The notes under the pieces: generated by a model
Databases searched by the model: none
Told to the model about the DNA's origin: nothing
Seen by the model: only the letters and a program-made list of their open reading frames with translations
From: a virus
IMG/VR virus record: IMGVR_UViG_3300020182_000023
Location: 1-64,000 of that record
Strand: one strand, 5' to 3'
Length of the DNA stretch: 64,000 bases
In this document: positions 1 through 12,000 of the stretch, piece by piece
How positions within the stretch are numbered: position 1 is the first letter of the stretch
Layout of the letters: each line of letters starts with the position of its first letter
Made by a program: the position numbers and the translations under genes

Positions 1-245
1 CGGTAGTAAACTTCTTTTTCTTGGTGGATTACTTCTTTTTCCTTGAACTTAAATAACGCCTCTTTTTGCGCCTTAATAGCTTCGTCTTGTTGTTCTATCC
101 TTCGCGCTCGGTTAAGTAGCAGAGAATCGCAGTAAATAGCCTTAATTTGCGACTTTCTTATTGACTTTAGTTCGTCAATTGTGAATTGCCCTTTTAATGA
201 TATTGATAAGGCTGTCAGAATTACTAATAGTATCGACGTTTTCAT
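1..245 (-). CDS. Secreted coiled-coil protein overlapping the upstream spanin-like gene (partial, runs off window)
   Basis: Not in ORF track; manual translation MKTSILLVILTALSISLKGQFTIDELK..., open to the window edge; signal-peptide-like N-terminus; overlaps 175..498 in Rz/Rz1 fashion. Confidence 0.55.
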   Translation of the reverse strand, partial: MKTSILLVILTALSISLKGQFTIDELKSIRKSQIKAIYCDSLLLNRARRIEQQDEAIKAQKEALFKFKEKEVIHQEKEVYY

Positions 246-498
246 ATTGTTTTTGGATATTTTTTTCCAGTTCAAAATAGATAGTATCAATCTTTTGACC
301 TTCCAAACTCAACGAATCTACAAACAAGGCTAAAGAATCAATCTTTTGCTGTTTTAAATCTAGCAAAGAATCATATTTAACTGTGTCTACTTCTTCTACT
401 TTGTTCGGGTTAGTGGTTGCGTAGTATAGAAGGAAAAGCAAACCAATTGAAAGCCCGATTAAAAAAGATAGTACTTGATTATTCACTTTGCCCTCCAT
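175..498 (-). CDS. Spanin-like membrane protein
   Basis: One N-terminal TM helix plus coiled coil, directly after the putative lysin. Confidence 0.5.
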   Translation of the reverse strand: MEGKVNNQVLSFLIGLSIGLLFLLYYATTNPNKVEEVDTVKYDSLLDLKQQKIDSLALFVDSLSLEGQKIDTIYFELEKNIQKQYENVDTISNSDSLINIIKRAIHN

Positions 499-922
499 TG
501 GTTACAAATAAATGAATATTCTCACCGTTTGAAATAGCTTCTTTAATCTTAGCAGTTAAAGGTTTTTCCATTGTTCCTTGAATAGTATCGTCGTTCAACC
601 TATTCTTAGCTACCAACGGGCAACCATGAGTATTAGAATGGTTGTTCCCACCATGAAAGCGAACGCCTTTAAATTGTATTCCATTGCAGTTAATAGTCCA
701 TTTACCGTCAGTAGATAGGATAGGCATTTCTCGCTTAAACCTTGAACTCATTGTAACGTCAACTAGATATTCACCTTCTGGAATTGCTGTCTCGCCTTTT
801 ACTTTAATTGCGTAAGGCCGAACGGTATCTTCTAAGGTTTCACAAAAATAAACCCCGTCAATGTATAGTTTTCCTAACGTTGTTCTTGCGGTGTAGCTGT
901 CTCGTTTTAGTTCAATTTTCAT
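479..922 (-). CDS. DUF5675-family putative cell-wall lysin
   Basis: TLGKLYIDG..FCETLED, AIPEGEY, RFHGGN..THGCPLV motifs typical of this Bacteroidota phage family; lysis context. Confidence 0.75.
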   Translation of the reverse strand: MKIELKRDSYTARTTLGKLYIDGVYFCETLEDTVRPYAIKVKGETAIPEGEYLVDVTMSSRFKREMPILSTDGKWTINCNGIQFKGVRFHGGNNHSNTHGCPLVAKNRLNDDTIQGTMEKPLTAKIKEAISNGENIHLFVTNGGQSE

Positions 923-1250
923 AACTTTTATTTTCGATTTGCCTATCTAGTTTTGTATCAATTCGGTCAAGTCGTTGATTCATTAATTCAATTTTTACAG
1001 CAAGTTCTGAAAGTAATTTAATAGATTCAATTCTGGACGGTTTGCTTTCAGCTTTGTAGGCTTCGACTGACTCCAACCTATGCTCTAATTTTTGAACTTT
1101 TGTAACTGTTGGTAGTTGTTGATTCAGCTTCTTTATTTCGTTAGAATTGGTGCTAATTTGGCCATTCATTCCAGACGTAAAGACAAAGAATGTGAATGCA
1201 CCTCCAAGAAGTGTAAAGAAAAAACCATAAGCCCAATTGATATTCTTCAC
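912..1250 (-). CDS. Membrane-anchored coiled-coil protein (lysis module)
   Basis: N-terminal TM, C-terminal RLDRIDTKLDR coil. Confidence 0.5.
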   Translation of the reverse strand: MKNINWAYGFFFTLLGGAFTFFVFTSGMNGQISTNSNEIKKLNQQLPTVTKVQKLEHRLESVEAYKAESKPSRIESIKLLSELAVKIELMNQRLDRIDTKLDRQIENKSYEN

Positions 1251-1615
1251 AATTCAAATTTTTCAGGTTTAATAATTCCAGTTTTTCTTCCAAGCCAATC
1301 AACAGTAATAGAAAAAATACCTGTTAAGGTATAGCCGCTTACCTCTAGTGTTAAATCTCCTTCGCCAGCTTTATTCAAAGCCCATTGTGTTATCTCTTCA
1401 TTATTAACACCACTATGAATTAGAGTTACAAAAATCGCGCTAAAAGTAAAGCCGATTATCATATTATTCCACCTTTTGGAAAACCATCTATAGAAACTGC
1501 GTTGAAATCCGTTCGGCTTTTTTCCGTAATAGTATTCGTGGTTTTGATAATGTATAAATTCTGAGGCAATTACCCCAACAAAAATTACAACAGCGTAAAT
1601 AAGTATTTCTTTCAT
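1247..1615 (-). CDS. Holin-like membrane protein
   Basis: 2-3 hydrophobic segments, upstream of the lysin. Confidence 0.4.
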   Translation of the reverse strand: MKEILIYAVVIFVGVIASEFIHYQNHEYYYGKKPNGFQRSFYRWFSKRWNNMIIGFTFSAIFVTLIHSGVNNEEITQWALNKAGEGDLTLEVSGYTLTGIFSITVDWLGRKTGIIKPEKFEL

Positions 1616-1627
1616 ATTTTTACGTTA

Positions 1628-2041
1628 ATCTGGTTAAATACCTCCATCTGTAATTGCCCAACCTTTTCCAACTAAACTTGCCCTTGCTGTTGAACTTGCT
1701 GCCGTATATTTAGCCGTTCCAAAACTTATAGTTATTGGAGTTTGGACTGGTCTAGAATCCCAACCATTATAGATAGCATCTAGGTTTGTTGAGCTAAAGG
1801 TAGAAGGAGTTTTAGTGCCCATAAAATTTACAAAATCCGTGACATTCGAAACATTCCAACTTCCTAAATTTTGGTCAAATGCTGGTGCATTATCAAACAT
1901 CCAAAACATATTAGTAACGCTACTTACATCCCACCCACCTATATTACTGTTGAAATTATTGCAACGGCGAAACATTTGACTCATATTTAACGCACTTGTA
2001 GGAGTCCAACTTGATATATTACCATTGAAATTAGTACATTG
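1628..2041. repeat. Copy 1 of a duplicated fibre 3' end (at least 414 bp)
   Basis: Matches 63587..64000 with 5 mismatches by manual alignment. Confidence 0.95.
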
Positions 2042-3901
2042 CTGAAACATCCGTTCAAATGTGGTAACGTTGCTAACATTCCAAGAATTTAAATTTTGAT
2101 TAAATGAAGAGCAACCAAAAAACATATATCTAGTATCCGTTGCACTAGCCATATTCCAAGAATCCAAAGGCTGGTTAAAAGAAGAGGCGCCATTAAACAT
2201 ACTTACGAAAAAAGTAACGTTGGAGACATCCCAGCTGGTAATATTACCGTTAAACGAAGAGCAATTGAAGAATGTTCCATTGAGATTAGTCATATTACTG
2301 ACATCCCAATTATTCATATCTACATTCAAACTGGAACAACCATTAAAAGTATTGGGTAAAGATGTAAGAGTTCCTAAATTTGGAGCATCAGTAAAGCCAC
2401 CCGTAAAATTGGCGCATCCACGAAACGAACTAGTCATGAACTCAAAAACATTATCTCCCCATTGGTCAATTGTAATGAGTTTTAATTTGTCTCCGCCATT
2501 ATTAAAATAAAACCCGCCAAATGAACCAGATATAGTTATTTGATATGTTCCACCGCTTGCGTATGTATGTGAAACGTTTCCTGCTGCTGCTGCGCTAAGA
2601 TTTCCATCACCCCAATCAATAGATGCCGAATAAGTTCCAGTAGAAGAAAAAGGAATTACCATCGTGTCTGATGCAGAGCCTGCTCTCGTAGTATCAACGG
2701 TCATTTTAAATGAAGTAAAATCCGTATGTGGTACCCAACAAGTAGATGTATTGAAATTGTTTAGTGTTCCGTTATAACCGTTAGTAGTTGCGTCAACTGC
2801 TACACTAGAGCCGCTAACTTCGTTTAAGTGGTAGCTGACTCTTGCAGAAGGCATTACTTCTAAAAACGAAGCACCGTTACCGCCATTATATAAATCGCTA
2901 ACTTGTGGTAAAGATGCTGCGGTAGTTACGTCTAAACCAAACTCATCCATAACTCCGTCAAACCATAACCCCGTTCGCCTATAAGAGCCTAGTTGATACA
3001 TGTTTAGGGTGTCATTAGTTGGGAGTTCTCCCGTTACGCTTTCTACGCCATCCCAATACAACCTGACATCATTATTACTATCTTTTGTAACGCATACATG
3101 ATGCCATTGATTTAATGTTACGGTAGGTATGGTAAAATTAAGCCTAGATAAAGCAGCACTTCCACCAGCAAATTGAACTCTAAATAATGTAGAATTTATA
3201 AGGTATAATAAATCGTTTGCTGAAGTATTACCGCCTCCTAAACTTACACCTGTTTTAGTCGGTTTTATCCATAACGAAATAGTCCATTCAAAAGCATTAC
3301 TAAGTATAGCGCCCCCTGACCCTAAATCAACATAATCATTAACCCCGTCAAACTCTAAGGCATTATTAAAAGCGAAAGCCAACTTTGAAACCAACTCTTG
3401 CTCATTCTCAAACTGAATACCTAAAGACTTGAATTTAAGAATCTCTGACTCTAGTTTCATTTTGTTATCGAAGCTTATACCCAACCTGCGAGCTATCTTT
3501 AAGTCAGCGGAGAGTTCTTGTTCATTCTCAAGGCTTATGCCAAGATTACGAGCTATCTTTAAGTCAGCGGAAAGTTCTTGTTCATTCTCAAGCTGAATAT
3601 CTAAAGCTAAAGACTTGAATTTAAGAATCTCTGACTCTAGTTTCATTTTGTTATCGAAGCTTATACCCAACCTGCGAGCTATCTTTAAGTCAGCGGAGAG
3701 TTCTTGTTCATTCTCAAGCTGAATATCTAAAGCTAAAGACTTGAATTTAAGAATCTCTGACTGCAACTCCATTTCATTCTCAAAGCTTATGTCTAGCTTA
3801 TGAACTATCTTATGAACTATCTTAGAGGGCGTAGATATTCCACCCCCTCCACCTAGAGAAGCGCCCGTACTGAATATACCTCTGCGTCCTAGTTTACCCA
3901 A
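1634..3901 (-). CDS. Tail fibre/adhesin: N-terminal repeats + LamG + PKD-like + BspA/DUF285 repeats
   Basis: ALEFDGVNDY..WHHV..GVMDE LamG motifs; IDWGDG..HTY..GTY PKD-like; repeated FNxxLxSWNVSNVT..MF units. Confidence 0.85.
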   Translation of the reverse strand: MGKLGRRGIFSTGASLGGGGGISTPSKIVHKIVHKLDISFENEMELQSEILKFKSLALDIQLENEQELSADLKIARRLGISFDNKMKLESEILKFKSLALDIQLENEQELSADLKIARNLGISLENEQELSADLKIARRLGISFDNKMKLESEILKFKSLGIQFENEQELVSKLAFAFNNALEFDGVNDYVDLGSGGAILSNAFEWTISLWIKPTKTGVSLGGGNTSANDLLYLINSTLFRVQFAGGSAALSRLNFTIPTVTLNQWHHVCVTKDSNNDVRLYWDGVESVTGELPTNDTLNMYQLGSYRRTGLWFDGVMDEFGLDVTTAASLPQVSDLYNGGNGASFLEVMPSARVSYHLNEVSGSSVAVDATTNGYNGTLNNFNTSTCWVPHTDFTSFKMTVDTTRAGSASDTMVIPFSSTGTYSASIDWGDGNLSAAAAGNVSHTYASGGTYQITISGSFGGFYFNNGGDKLKLITIDQWGDNVFEFMTSSFRGCANFTGGFTDAPNLGTLTSLPNTFNGCSSLNVDMNNWDVSNMTNLNGTFFNCSSFNGNITSWDVSNVTFFVSMFNGASSFNQPLDSWNMASATDTRYMFFGCSSFNQNLNSWNVSNVTTFERMFQQCTNFNGNISSWTPTSALNMSQMFRRCNNFNSNIGGWDVSSVTNMFWMFDNAPAFDQNLGSWNVSNVTDFVNFMGTKTPSTFSSTNLDAIYNGWDSRPVQTPITISFGTAKYTAASSTARASLVGKGWAITDGGI
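3385..3800 (-). repeat. Intragenic 60-66 bp tandem repeats (20-22 aa units)
   Basis: ENEQELSADLKIAR x3 and ESEILKFKSL-type units x3, near-identical at DNA level. Confidence 0.9.
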
Positions 3902-3902
3902 A

Positions 3903-4307
3903 CTACGCTATTTTTACCTTATAAACCGCTGCGTTTGCTTCAAACTTAACCTCATCTCCCGTTGTGATTGTTTTAGATGATGTTAATGTATCGTATGATA
4001 AAAGGTTTCCACCCGTTGCAGCGTCATATATAGCAGCATAATCTGCTGTTGCTCCTGCTGATGCACTTAATGTTATAGTTATATCTGATATGTTGTCTGC
4101 TTGGCGGAAGGTACCGCTAGTAGTAACACCACCCAAAGCAATTGCATCTCTAGTTGTTGAACCTTTTATTGTGTTTGTTATTTCTGTACCCGCTCCCGAT
4201 GGGTCGCCATTGAATAAGGCGATGTACACTGTTGTTGGCGCTGTGGGCATATCAGTTCCCTTTACCCAATCAATTAATTCGTCTGCTAAATATTGTGAAA
4301 ATGGCAT
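3903..4307 (-). CDS. Tail-fibre-associated structural protein
   Basis: APTTVYIALF..DP..G.EI and AIYDAATGGNLL motifs of a common phage virion family. Confidence 0.7.
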   Translation of the reverse strand: MPFSQYLADELIDWVKGTDMPTAPTTVYIALFNGDPSGAGTEITNTIKGSTTRDAIALGGVTTSGTFRQADNISDITITLSASAGATADYAAIYDAATGGNLLSYDTLTSSKTITTGDEVKFEANAAVYKVKIA

Positions 4308-4346
4308 AATTTGTTATTTACTTGTTTGTTATTTACTTGTTTGTTT

Positions 4347-4697
4347 TTATATTTTTGATTCTATTATTTCAAGTCTCCTTGAATATTCTTTATGGCGTTC
4401 ATCATCTCTTTTGATTAACATTTCAACCATTGCGTCTATCTTATTAAGCTTCTCCATAGCCGCATCTTTACTTTGATTACTCGCCTCTTTATGTGCTGTA
4501 AGTTCTATTATCTTTTGTTCTCTCACAGCATCTTCCTTATCGTTAGCTTCTAAGCGTTCTAATATTCTTAGCACTGTTTCTTCAAACTTGTCCAATCTAC
4601 CAACAGAACTCTTTACAGTTGTCCTTACATCTGCATACCCCGCAACTATCGCCACAAGCGCTATAAGAAAGTCTATGTGATTTAATAGTTCATCCAT
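4347..4697 (-). CDS. Membrane-anchored coiled-coil protein
   Basis: N-terminal TM plus heptads; next to a holin-like gene. Confidence 0.5.
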   Translation of the reverse strand: MDELLNHIDFLIALVAIVAGYADVRTTVKSSVGRLDKFEETVLRILERLEANDKEDAVREQKIIELTAHKEASNQSKDAAMEKLNKIDAMVEMLIKRDDERHKEYSRRLEIIESKI

Positions 4698-4703
4698 TAC
4701 TCA

Positions 4704-4919
4704 TTACTTCTTTTCTGCGAATTTTTGAAATACTTTAGTTCCCGCTGAATAAGCAAGTAGAGTAACTACCATTGGTAAGGCATCGCCTATTGTTATATTG
4801 CTTACAAATACAGAGCAAATAGATATTAATATACCAGCCATTGCAGCTATAAATGTCTTTAATCTTGTAATGGATTTAACTCCATCGCTCTCTTCAAAAA
4901 ACCCTACTTGTCCGTTCAT
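4704..4919 (-). CDS. Holin-like protein
   Basis: 71 aa, two TM helices, KSITRL and KVFQKFAEK ends. Confidence 0.6.
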   Translation of the reverse strand: MNGQVGFFEESDGVKSITRLKTFIAAMAGILISICSVFVSNITIGDALPMVVTLLAYSAGTKVFQKFAEKK

Positions 4920-5524
4920 TTCTCTTTGGTTATTTTATAGTTAGTTATTATTGAATCACCACAGCTAGTTAACACTGTAATTTCGTATTGTCTTTTACCC
5001 CAACGTGGAGTCCAATTCCAATTGAATAATCTCTTTCTTTCATCTGTAGTCACTATCGCAAGTTCTGTCTTGTCTTTTACGCTGAAATCTCCTATGGTAT
5101 CCATATTAAACCACATAAAATCCACTTCTAAGCCGCAAGTGTTATAAGATGCTCGGTTAAGCATTAAGCCCTCAAAATCGCTTGTAATTATCTTTACGGT
5201 ATCTCTGCTGTATTTCTCTGTTCTTATGTATTGAATTTCCGTTATTGTCTTAGGATTCTTTTTTAAAGAGTCTAATACCCATTGGAGTTCTTTCTTTTCT
5301 TTTAATATTTCTCTAAAGCCCTTCTTGCTTATTGTAGCCTCTTGGGTTGAACGGGAAATATCTAAAGCCATTGACTGCAACTCTCCTTGCGACTTCTGAT
5401 TCTTATTTAGTAAGTCCGTATTCTTATCGCAAGTAAGTAATAATAGCGCAAATAATAGCCCGATTACTATAAAATGCCAATACTTAACTAATATCTTGGC
5501 TACTATGTCAAGTGCAATACTCAC
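4916..5524 (-). CDS. Spanin-like membrane/lipoprotein
   Basis: Hydrophobic N-terminus ending LLLTC, followed by coiled coil and beta-rich domain. Confidence 0.45.
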   Translation of the reverse strand: MSIALDIVAKILVKYWHFIVIGLLFALLLLTCDKNTDLLNKNQKSQGELQSMALDISRSTQEATISKKGFREILKEKKELQWVLDSLKKNPKTITEIQYIRTEKYSRDTVKIITSDFEGLMLNRASYNTCGLEVDFMWFNMDTIGDFSVKDKTELAIVTTDERKRLFNWNWTPRWGKRQYEITVLTSCGDSIITNYKITKEK

Positions 5525-5527
5525 TAC

Positions 5528-5998
5528 TTATTTTTGGTTTCCGTAGTTAGTAACTGTTACTGTACAAGCACCCGTTGTAGAACCTTCTACATATATAGGC
5601 TTTACGAAGTTATATCCTAAGCTTGCTTGTCTGTCTGCTAGAAATCTACTATTATCTGATGTGGTGGAGGTAATTGTAACTCCATCTACTTCTGTATCTA
5701 CCCCTTGGTCAGCCGCAATTCCTATTGCTATAATCTTACAATCTTCTTTGTCGATTACTTTTAATGCTGTTGTAGATAGGTCAGATGTAAATGCAGAATT
5801 AAGTAATCCGCTAACACCATCTCTTTCAACCCATTCCACTCGTCTTGATTCCTTTTGCGTTGAGTCTGTTATATAGTCACCCACCTTTACTTGGTCGGCT
5901 GTGCTTGTTATAAATGAAGCCCCGAATGTATCAACAGTTCCAGTTGCAGCAGCATCGGCTGGAATAAATGTGTCGGTTGTTACGTTAAATGTTGCCAT
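5528..5998 (-). CDS. Putative virion structural protein
   Basis: Thr/Asp/Gly-rich beta protein behind its own late promoter. Confidence 0.45.
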   Translation of the reverse strand: MATFNVTTDTFIPADAAATGTVDTFGASFITSTADQVKVGDYITDSTQKESRRVEWVERDGVSGLLNSAFTSDLSTTALKVIDKEDCKIIAIGIAADQGVDTEVDGVTITSTTSDNSRFLADRQASLGYNFVKPIYVEGSTTGACTVTVTNYGNQK

Positions 5999-6009
5999 AT
6001 TGGTTATTT

Positions 6010-6029
6010 TTTGTTAAATACAAAGATAC
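6010..6029 (-). promoter_or_regulatory. Late promoter GTATCTTTGTATTTAACAAA (Bacteroidota TAnnTTTG -7 element)
   Basis: 20-bp exact copy at 22870..22889; 16-bp copy at 15038..15053. Confidence 0.75.
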
Positions 6030-6043
6030 TAAATTTAAAATTA

Positions 6044-9000
6044 TCACTCCGCTAATTTATCTAGCCCATCAACTAAAGCTCTCTTGGCTTTTATTACATC
6101 TCTATTCTTATCGGCAATTGATAAATATTTCTCTATTAATTCAGACTTTCTCTCTATGTTAGATTCCTTGTAACTAGATTTACTCATTAATTTATCCATC
6201 ATTTTAGCCCTAGACTTGCCTAACACTGCTGCGTATTCATTATATAAAGTGTTATGCTCTTTATCTTTTAATACCTTGTATTTCTTCCCATTATAGGATA
6301 TTATTCTGCTGGGTAAATTAGGCACTACTTTAGTGTTAAGGGTTTGTCTATATACATTATATATCTCTAAAGACTTTTCATCGTGCGGTACGGTTTGAGA
6401 TTTAGATACGTCAAACAATTGATGAAATAATGGGTTCTTACCATCAGGAGTTCTCTTTATTTTCTCGCCCCACATATCTACTCTCACAGGAAAGTCTTTA
6501 TATATATCAATTCCAACTATCTTTTTAGGAGGGTATATTTTACTAACAATAAGTGATTCTAGCATAGAATGAGTATTATCAGAGCGCATATCGTGTAAAT
6601 ACGTTTCCGTTGCTCTGTCTATGGCGGAAAATGTGTTTGGCGCACCAATTACTGATACAGCTCCAAGCGTTTGTTTTACCCATCGCTTGGTTTCATAATC
6701 ACCTCCAGTTATAGCGTCTAGTAGTGATGCTGTACCCGCTAAAAAAGACTGCTCTGTTGCATATTTTGTGGTTGCTGGTACTGCGCCTAGATTTATATAT
6801 TTTCCACCTTCCTTACTTACCTTATCCCAAAAGCCTAAATCATCTTTTATGTTTACATATTTTGACTTTTCAGCTTTATAGGTATCTTCGCTTTGAGAAG
6901 ACCTTATAAGGATAATAGCGCCTAATATTCCTAGCTTTTTTAAGTTTATAACTTCATCGCCCTCTTGAAGTTCCGTTCCTTTACCGTTTAGTAATCTTTT
7001 TAGACCAGATAAATTTAAATGGTCTGGCGGAAAGCCAACTGCCCTTTTTATATTCTGCTCATCTTCTGGGTCATCCCCAAAATCAAAAGGAGAACTTATC
7101 AAGCCCTCTGCTATTAACATTCCAGCTACTTGACTCATTATTATTCCAGTTGTAAAAATTCCAATATTTTTATTACCCTGCTTTACATCACCCTTAGAGT
7201 ATGCGTGTACAGCTTTACCCAGAGCTACTGGCGGCAGTACAAAGTCTATCGTTTGACTTATTATATTTGAAGGAGTTTTAACGTATGGTATCGTTGTTCT
7301 GAATAAGAACGATAAAGCGCCACCTATTCTTGGTACTGATTTAGCTTTCTTCTCTATAAAGTTAGTAATATCTATTGCTGTTTTTGATAATAGACCCTCC
7401 TCCATAAATACAGCCTCAGCAGCACTTTCATTAACATCCTCTAATGTTTTAGCGTCTGGAAGCATTACAAAGTTTCTTAACTGCTGACCGCTCAATCCTT
7501 TCCTTTTACCCTGCGTGTAAAGTTGCTTGTATTGAGTGAAATAATAGAACGGCTTATCGCCTAATGCTAATAACCTAAACATTACTTCTGGGGCAGCGCC
7601 AAAGAATGATTCATATATTTTTTTCAATCTATCATTCCTATCTATTCCAGACTCAGATAAAGCCCTATCTCTTAATTCAGAAGACTTCTCTAAGTCGCCA
7701 TCCATTAGCGCTCTCTTAGACTCCTTCATTAATTCAATACCTTTCTTACTTAATGTCTTTGGAAGTAGCCCAGATTCTATACCAAAAGCATCTCCTAATT
7801 TAGTGTCTGATATTGCTTGAGTAAATGCTGTTAATGGTCTGAACGACTTCTTTACCTCTCCCTTAGCGTAAGAACTATCACCTTTTAACAAGATTCCCCA
7901 AGCCTCTTTAAGTCCTTTTGCAGCTCCAATCCATCCAGCCACATATTTCATAGGGTCTAGCGAACCCGTTCTTTTACCAGTGAATATGGATTGAACTAAA
8001 TCAGACATATTAGATACTATATCAACTGGAATCATTAGTCCTTGCTGCGCTATATTTGCTACTATGTTTGTTGCTTGCGACATAGGCGTAAGTAAATTAC
8101 CTTGTAGTGTCATTTTAGTCATATCACTCCAACTCATAGGTATGAATCCTGATGACTTATCGTAAAATTTCTTGGTGTCTTTTTCTGCTTGTTTCTTTAA
8201 CTCATTTAAAGTTTTTATATCTTCTTTTGTTGCATTACCCCCTTTATCTTTTATAAAGGCATCTAGCTTATTATTCGATTTAAGCATTGATTCGGCTAAC
8301 TTAGTTAAGTCTGCTTTCTGTTTTTTAGTGAAAGCCTTACCTTCTTTTTCGGCAAACTTTTCTAAGGTCATCATTATTCCTGCTGGTGTACTGTTTTTAA
8401 GTGTTGCAAATTGAGCGATTAACTGACCCATTCTAGTACCCTCTTTAGCAAATCTCTCTACTATATCATCTATTGGCTTACCTTCCGCTAACCTTCTGTT
8501 TATAACTTCAACAGCAGCTAATACAGCGTTATTATTATTACCATCTGAAACTATATTAATACCCGTTTGATTCATTGATTCTATCAACTCATCTTCAGAT
8601 AGATTATCTAAATTTTCTTGTATCTCAGCCCAAGTTTGAGGGTCGTAATAGTTTTCTGGATTTTGCTTTATGTTTTCCCTTAGCTTACTTAGTGATTTAA
8701 CTCTCTTATCCCCTAAAACGCTTTCAGCGAAACCTCGTAGTTTTCCTTTTTTACCATCAGATTTTTGGGAATCCTTATTCTGTTCTTTAGATTGAGTGCC
8801 TTCTTCATCTATATTTTTATTCGATTCTAGCGAAACCTTGTCGTATATATTTTTAAGTTCAGGCTCTATGTCCTTTCCTAATACTTTTATCATTTCTTTA
8901 GAGAACTTCTTAAAGTCTCCAACCGCATCCTCTAGCACCATTCCTGCGTACTCATAGAACTCTGGGTCTGCTAATAATGTTGGTATCCTACTAGCGTCAT

Positions 9001-12000
9001 TAAGCGTATTAAAGAATTTATTTCTAAGTTCTTTTTTTCTAGCTTTTCTTAACTCCGCTTCCTTAACCTCTACTTTAGGCTTACTAGCTTTCTCTTTTAC
9101 TGGCGTTTTTTTGGTTTCTACTTTAGGTGGTAATGCTTTGGATGCGTCTTGTTTGGTAGCACCTTTTAAAATAGGCTCTAATGCAGAAGCTAACATCTCA
9201 TTAGCCTTCTCTTTACTATATCCGTCTTTTATAAATTGACTTACATAGCCACTGAATAATTTATCTAAAGGGATACCTCTTTTATTAGCCTCGTTAATAG
9301 CTACTTTAAGTAGGATGCCGTCCCCTAAATCTTTAGTTGGGTCTCCGTTTAATAAAGCTTTTGTTGCTGCTTTAGTTAATTCAGAGTCATCCATATCAAC
9401 TATATCCAAAGCATTTATAGCTGCCCTTATTTCTGATTCTTCGGCAAACTTAAATTCTTTTTTCAGTAATTCTTCTAATGATTTTAAAGGATTATTAGAG
9501 TTCATAATAGACTCCCATTCTCTTTTCTCTAACTCCTTTTCTACTTCATTAAATTCTTTTTTGCGTTCAGGTGAGCTTAAATCAGATTCTAGTTCAGTCC
9601 ATCTATCCTCTAATTCTTTAGTGTCTTTTTGCTGTACTTCTTTACCGCCTTGTTTAGATTTTAACTCAGCTATTTTAGCATCGTATTTTTCATTAATTCT
9701 ATTAATATCATCTTTCCCTACAAGATTACCATTAACAGTAGGAACTTCGCCAGTCTCATTTGATTTAGCAATGGCTAATTCTATTGGCTCTAACTCTGCT
9801 CTACGCAGTTCCTCTATATCTTCTTCTTGCTGTACTTCTTCACTATCTCGTTTACCCTCTTGCATATCTGCTGTGGGTTGCTCAGTTGTTTCTTTTCCAT
9901 TTGTTTCAGTATTTGCCCTTCCTTCGTTATACGCTATAGGATTACTAGGCACTACAATATAACCCTCTTTCCCAATTTGAACTTCGCCTAAATTTAAAGT
10001 TTCACCTTTTATTGATGATTCTAGCATAACATCAAATGCCTTAACGCTATCATTTAAAACCTTCTTTTTAACGGGGTCTTCTTCTCTTTCTGCTGCTCTT
10101 GCTACTTGGTCACGCTTAAACTTTATAGCATTATATTCTTCACTATTATCTGTGTTGTAATTATCTATCTCTTGCCCTAAAAATTCAAGGGTACTTTCGT
10201 CTATATTTCCGTTTTCGTATAGCTGAGATATTTCTAATTTCGCTAAGTCTTTTCCTTTCTTATTTATAATGCGCCCTATTTGCTGCATAGCAATATCTGG
10301 ATTTGACGCTATTGTATTTTGTTCTTTATTTATAGCACCACCCATACCTAATAAGGCTACTGGAAGCATATTAAGACCTGTTTCGACAAAGCTCTCCGTA
10401 GATGCGTAATCAATAAAACCTTCGTAATCACCCGTTTTCTCAATAGATTTCTCCATTAAACCTTGTGGGTATTCTTGCATTAATTCACTTGCATATTCAA
10501 CCGCACCACCCGTTGAGATTCTTAATACGGGGTTAGATATTTTCTTAAATGCACCAACAAACGGAAGCCCCTCAAACATATATAAAGGTGCTAAGGCAAT
10601 TTGACCGTCTATTGTTTCGGAAGCAGCGTTCTTAGCTTGTTCCTTTGAGCCAGTTCGCTCTAAGGCAGACTTATAAGACCTGCCAGCCATATCAACGGTT
10701 TCAGTAGCTAATCCAGACAATCCAGTTGCTATAATTCTAGTAGCCATACTAGCGTTTCTAGTTGCCACACCCGTTGCTATACCAGTCGCAATAGCAGGAA
10801 GCATACTACCCGTTAAATTACCACTACTCTCTACCACAGAATAAAGTGATAGGTCTTTAAATGACTGTATAGAACTAACGTTAGGCTGAAAATATTGCTC
10901 CATCTTCTCACCCCATTCCCCATCTCCACCAAATGAAGTAGACCAACCTTGCATAAGACTTCCGAATGAAGACAATGTTGATGTTACATATCTTTCTTTT
11001 AATGGGTCTAACCGAGCTATACTTCCTAATGAAATTAAGCCCTCTTTGTTTTTATTGGATTCGTCATAAAGTTCTTTTACAGACTTCTTTGTTACCGACT
11101 CTATTTTACCCTGAATGTCTTTACTTACTTTGTATTTTTCAGATAATTCATTAGAGAACTTAGTCGCTAATTCATTATATGCTTTGTTTTTTTCGGCAGC
11201 TAATCTGTTAATCTTAGCGCCATATTCATTCTGTAATTTTGACTGCTCAGATACAATTTCGTCTACGCTTGATACATATTGATTGTATAAGTTTTCTTGT
11301 TTTTTAGTGTATTCTTTTTGGTCGAACGGAATATTGTTAGCAACTAATTGCTCGTATTCAGCTTGAAGGGATAGAGCTGACTCCTTATAGCTATTAGATA
11401 ATCCGTCTACCTCAAACTGACCTTTCTTTGCGAAATCATTTAACACCTTAGTGTATTCAGTATTAACTGAATCTATTTCAGATTTATTTTTAGCAGCAAG
11501 CCCAACTAATGTTTTTCCATATTTGGTTTTAAACTCAGATTGATATTCAGCGCCTATCTCACCTTCGAGAGATTTACCATATTCTTTTTGATAGTTTTCC
11601 TCTACCTTTTTATCTAGTTTTTTGGTAGGTATATCAATAGAGAACTGCATTTCATCCTCTAATGATTTTTTGAATTTAGCCTTTAATCCAGCATCTTTAT
11701 CATCGAAATACTTATCAGCCTCTTCATTTATTTTGTCTAGGTTAGGAACTCTAAGACCGTAATAATTCTCACTTAAATATTCTTCCCTTACTTTTCCGTC
11801 AGTATCATATATCCTAGACTTAGCACTAGCCAATTGAGGATTTATAATTTTATTTACCTTTTCCTCTAACTTCTTTGCCGTTGCTTCTACTTCACTAGTA
11901 GCGGCATCCTTTTGGTCGTTTAGGCTAGTCATCGGGTCGTAGTTAGCCATCATATTAGGGTCATCGCCATAAGCCCTTGACTTAGACGCTTGCTCTAACA

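Noticed and set aside
4311-4340. 15-bp tandem duplication TTGTTATTTACTTGT
   Set aside because: Two copies in an A/T-rich leader; likely slippage with no evident function
9315-9962. Plus-strand ORFs opposite structural genes (also 2220, 4090, 8172, 26538, 33483 and others)
   Set aside because: S/L/F-rich antisense shadows of real minus-strand genes
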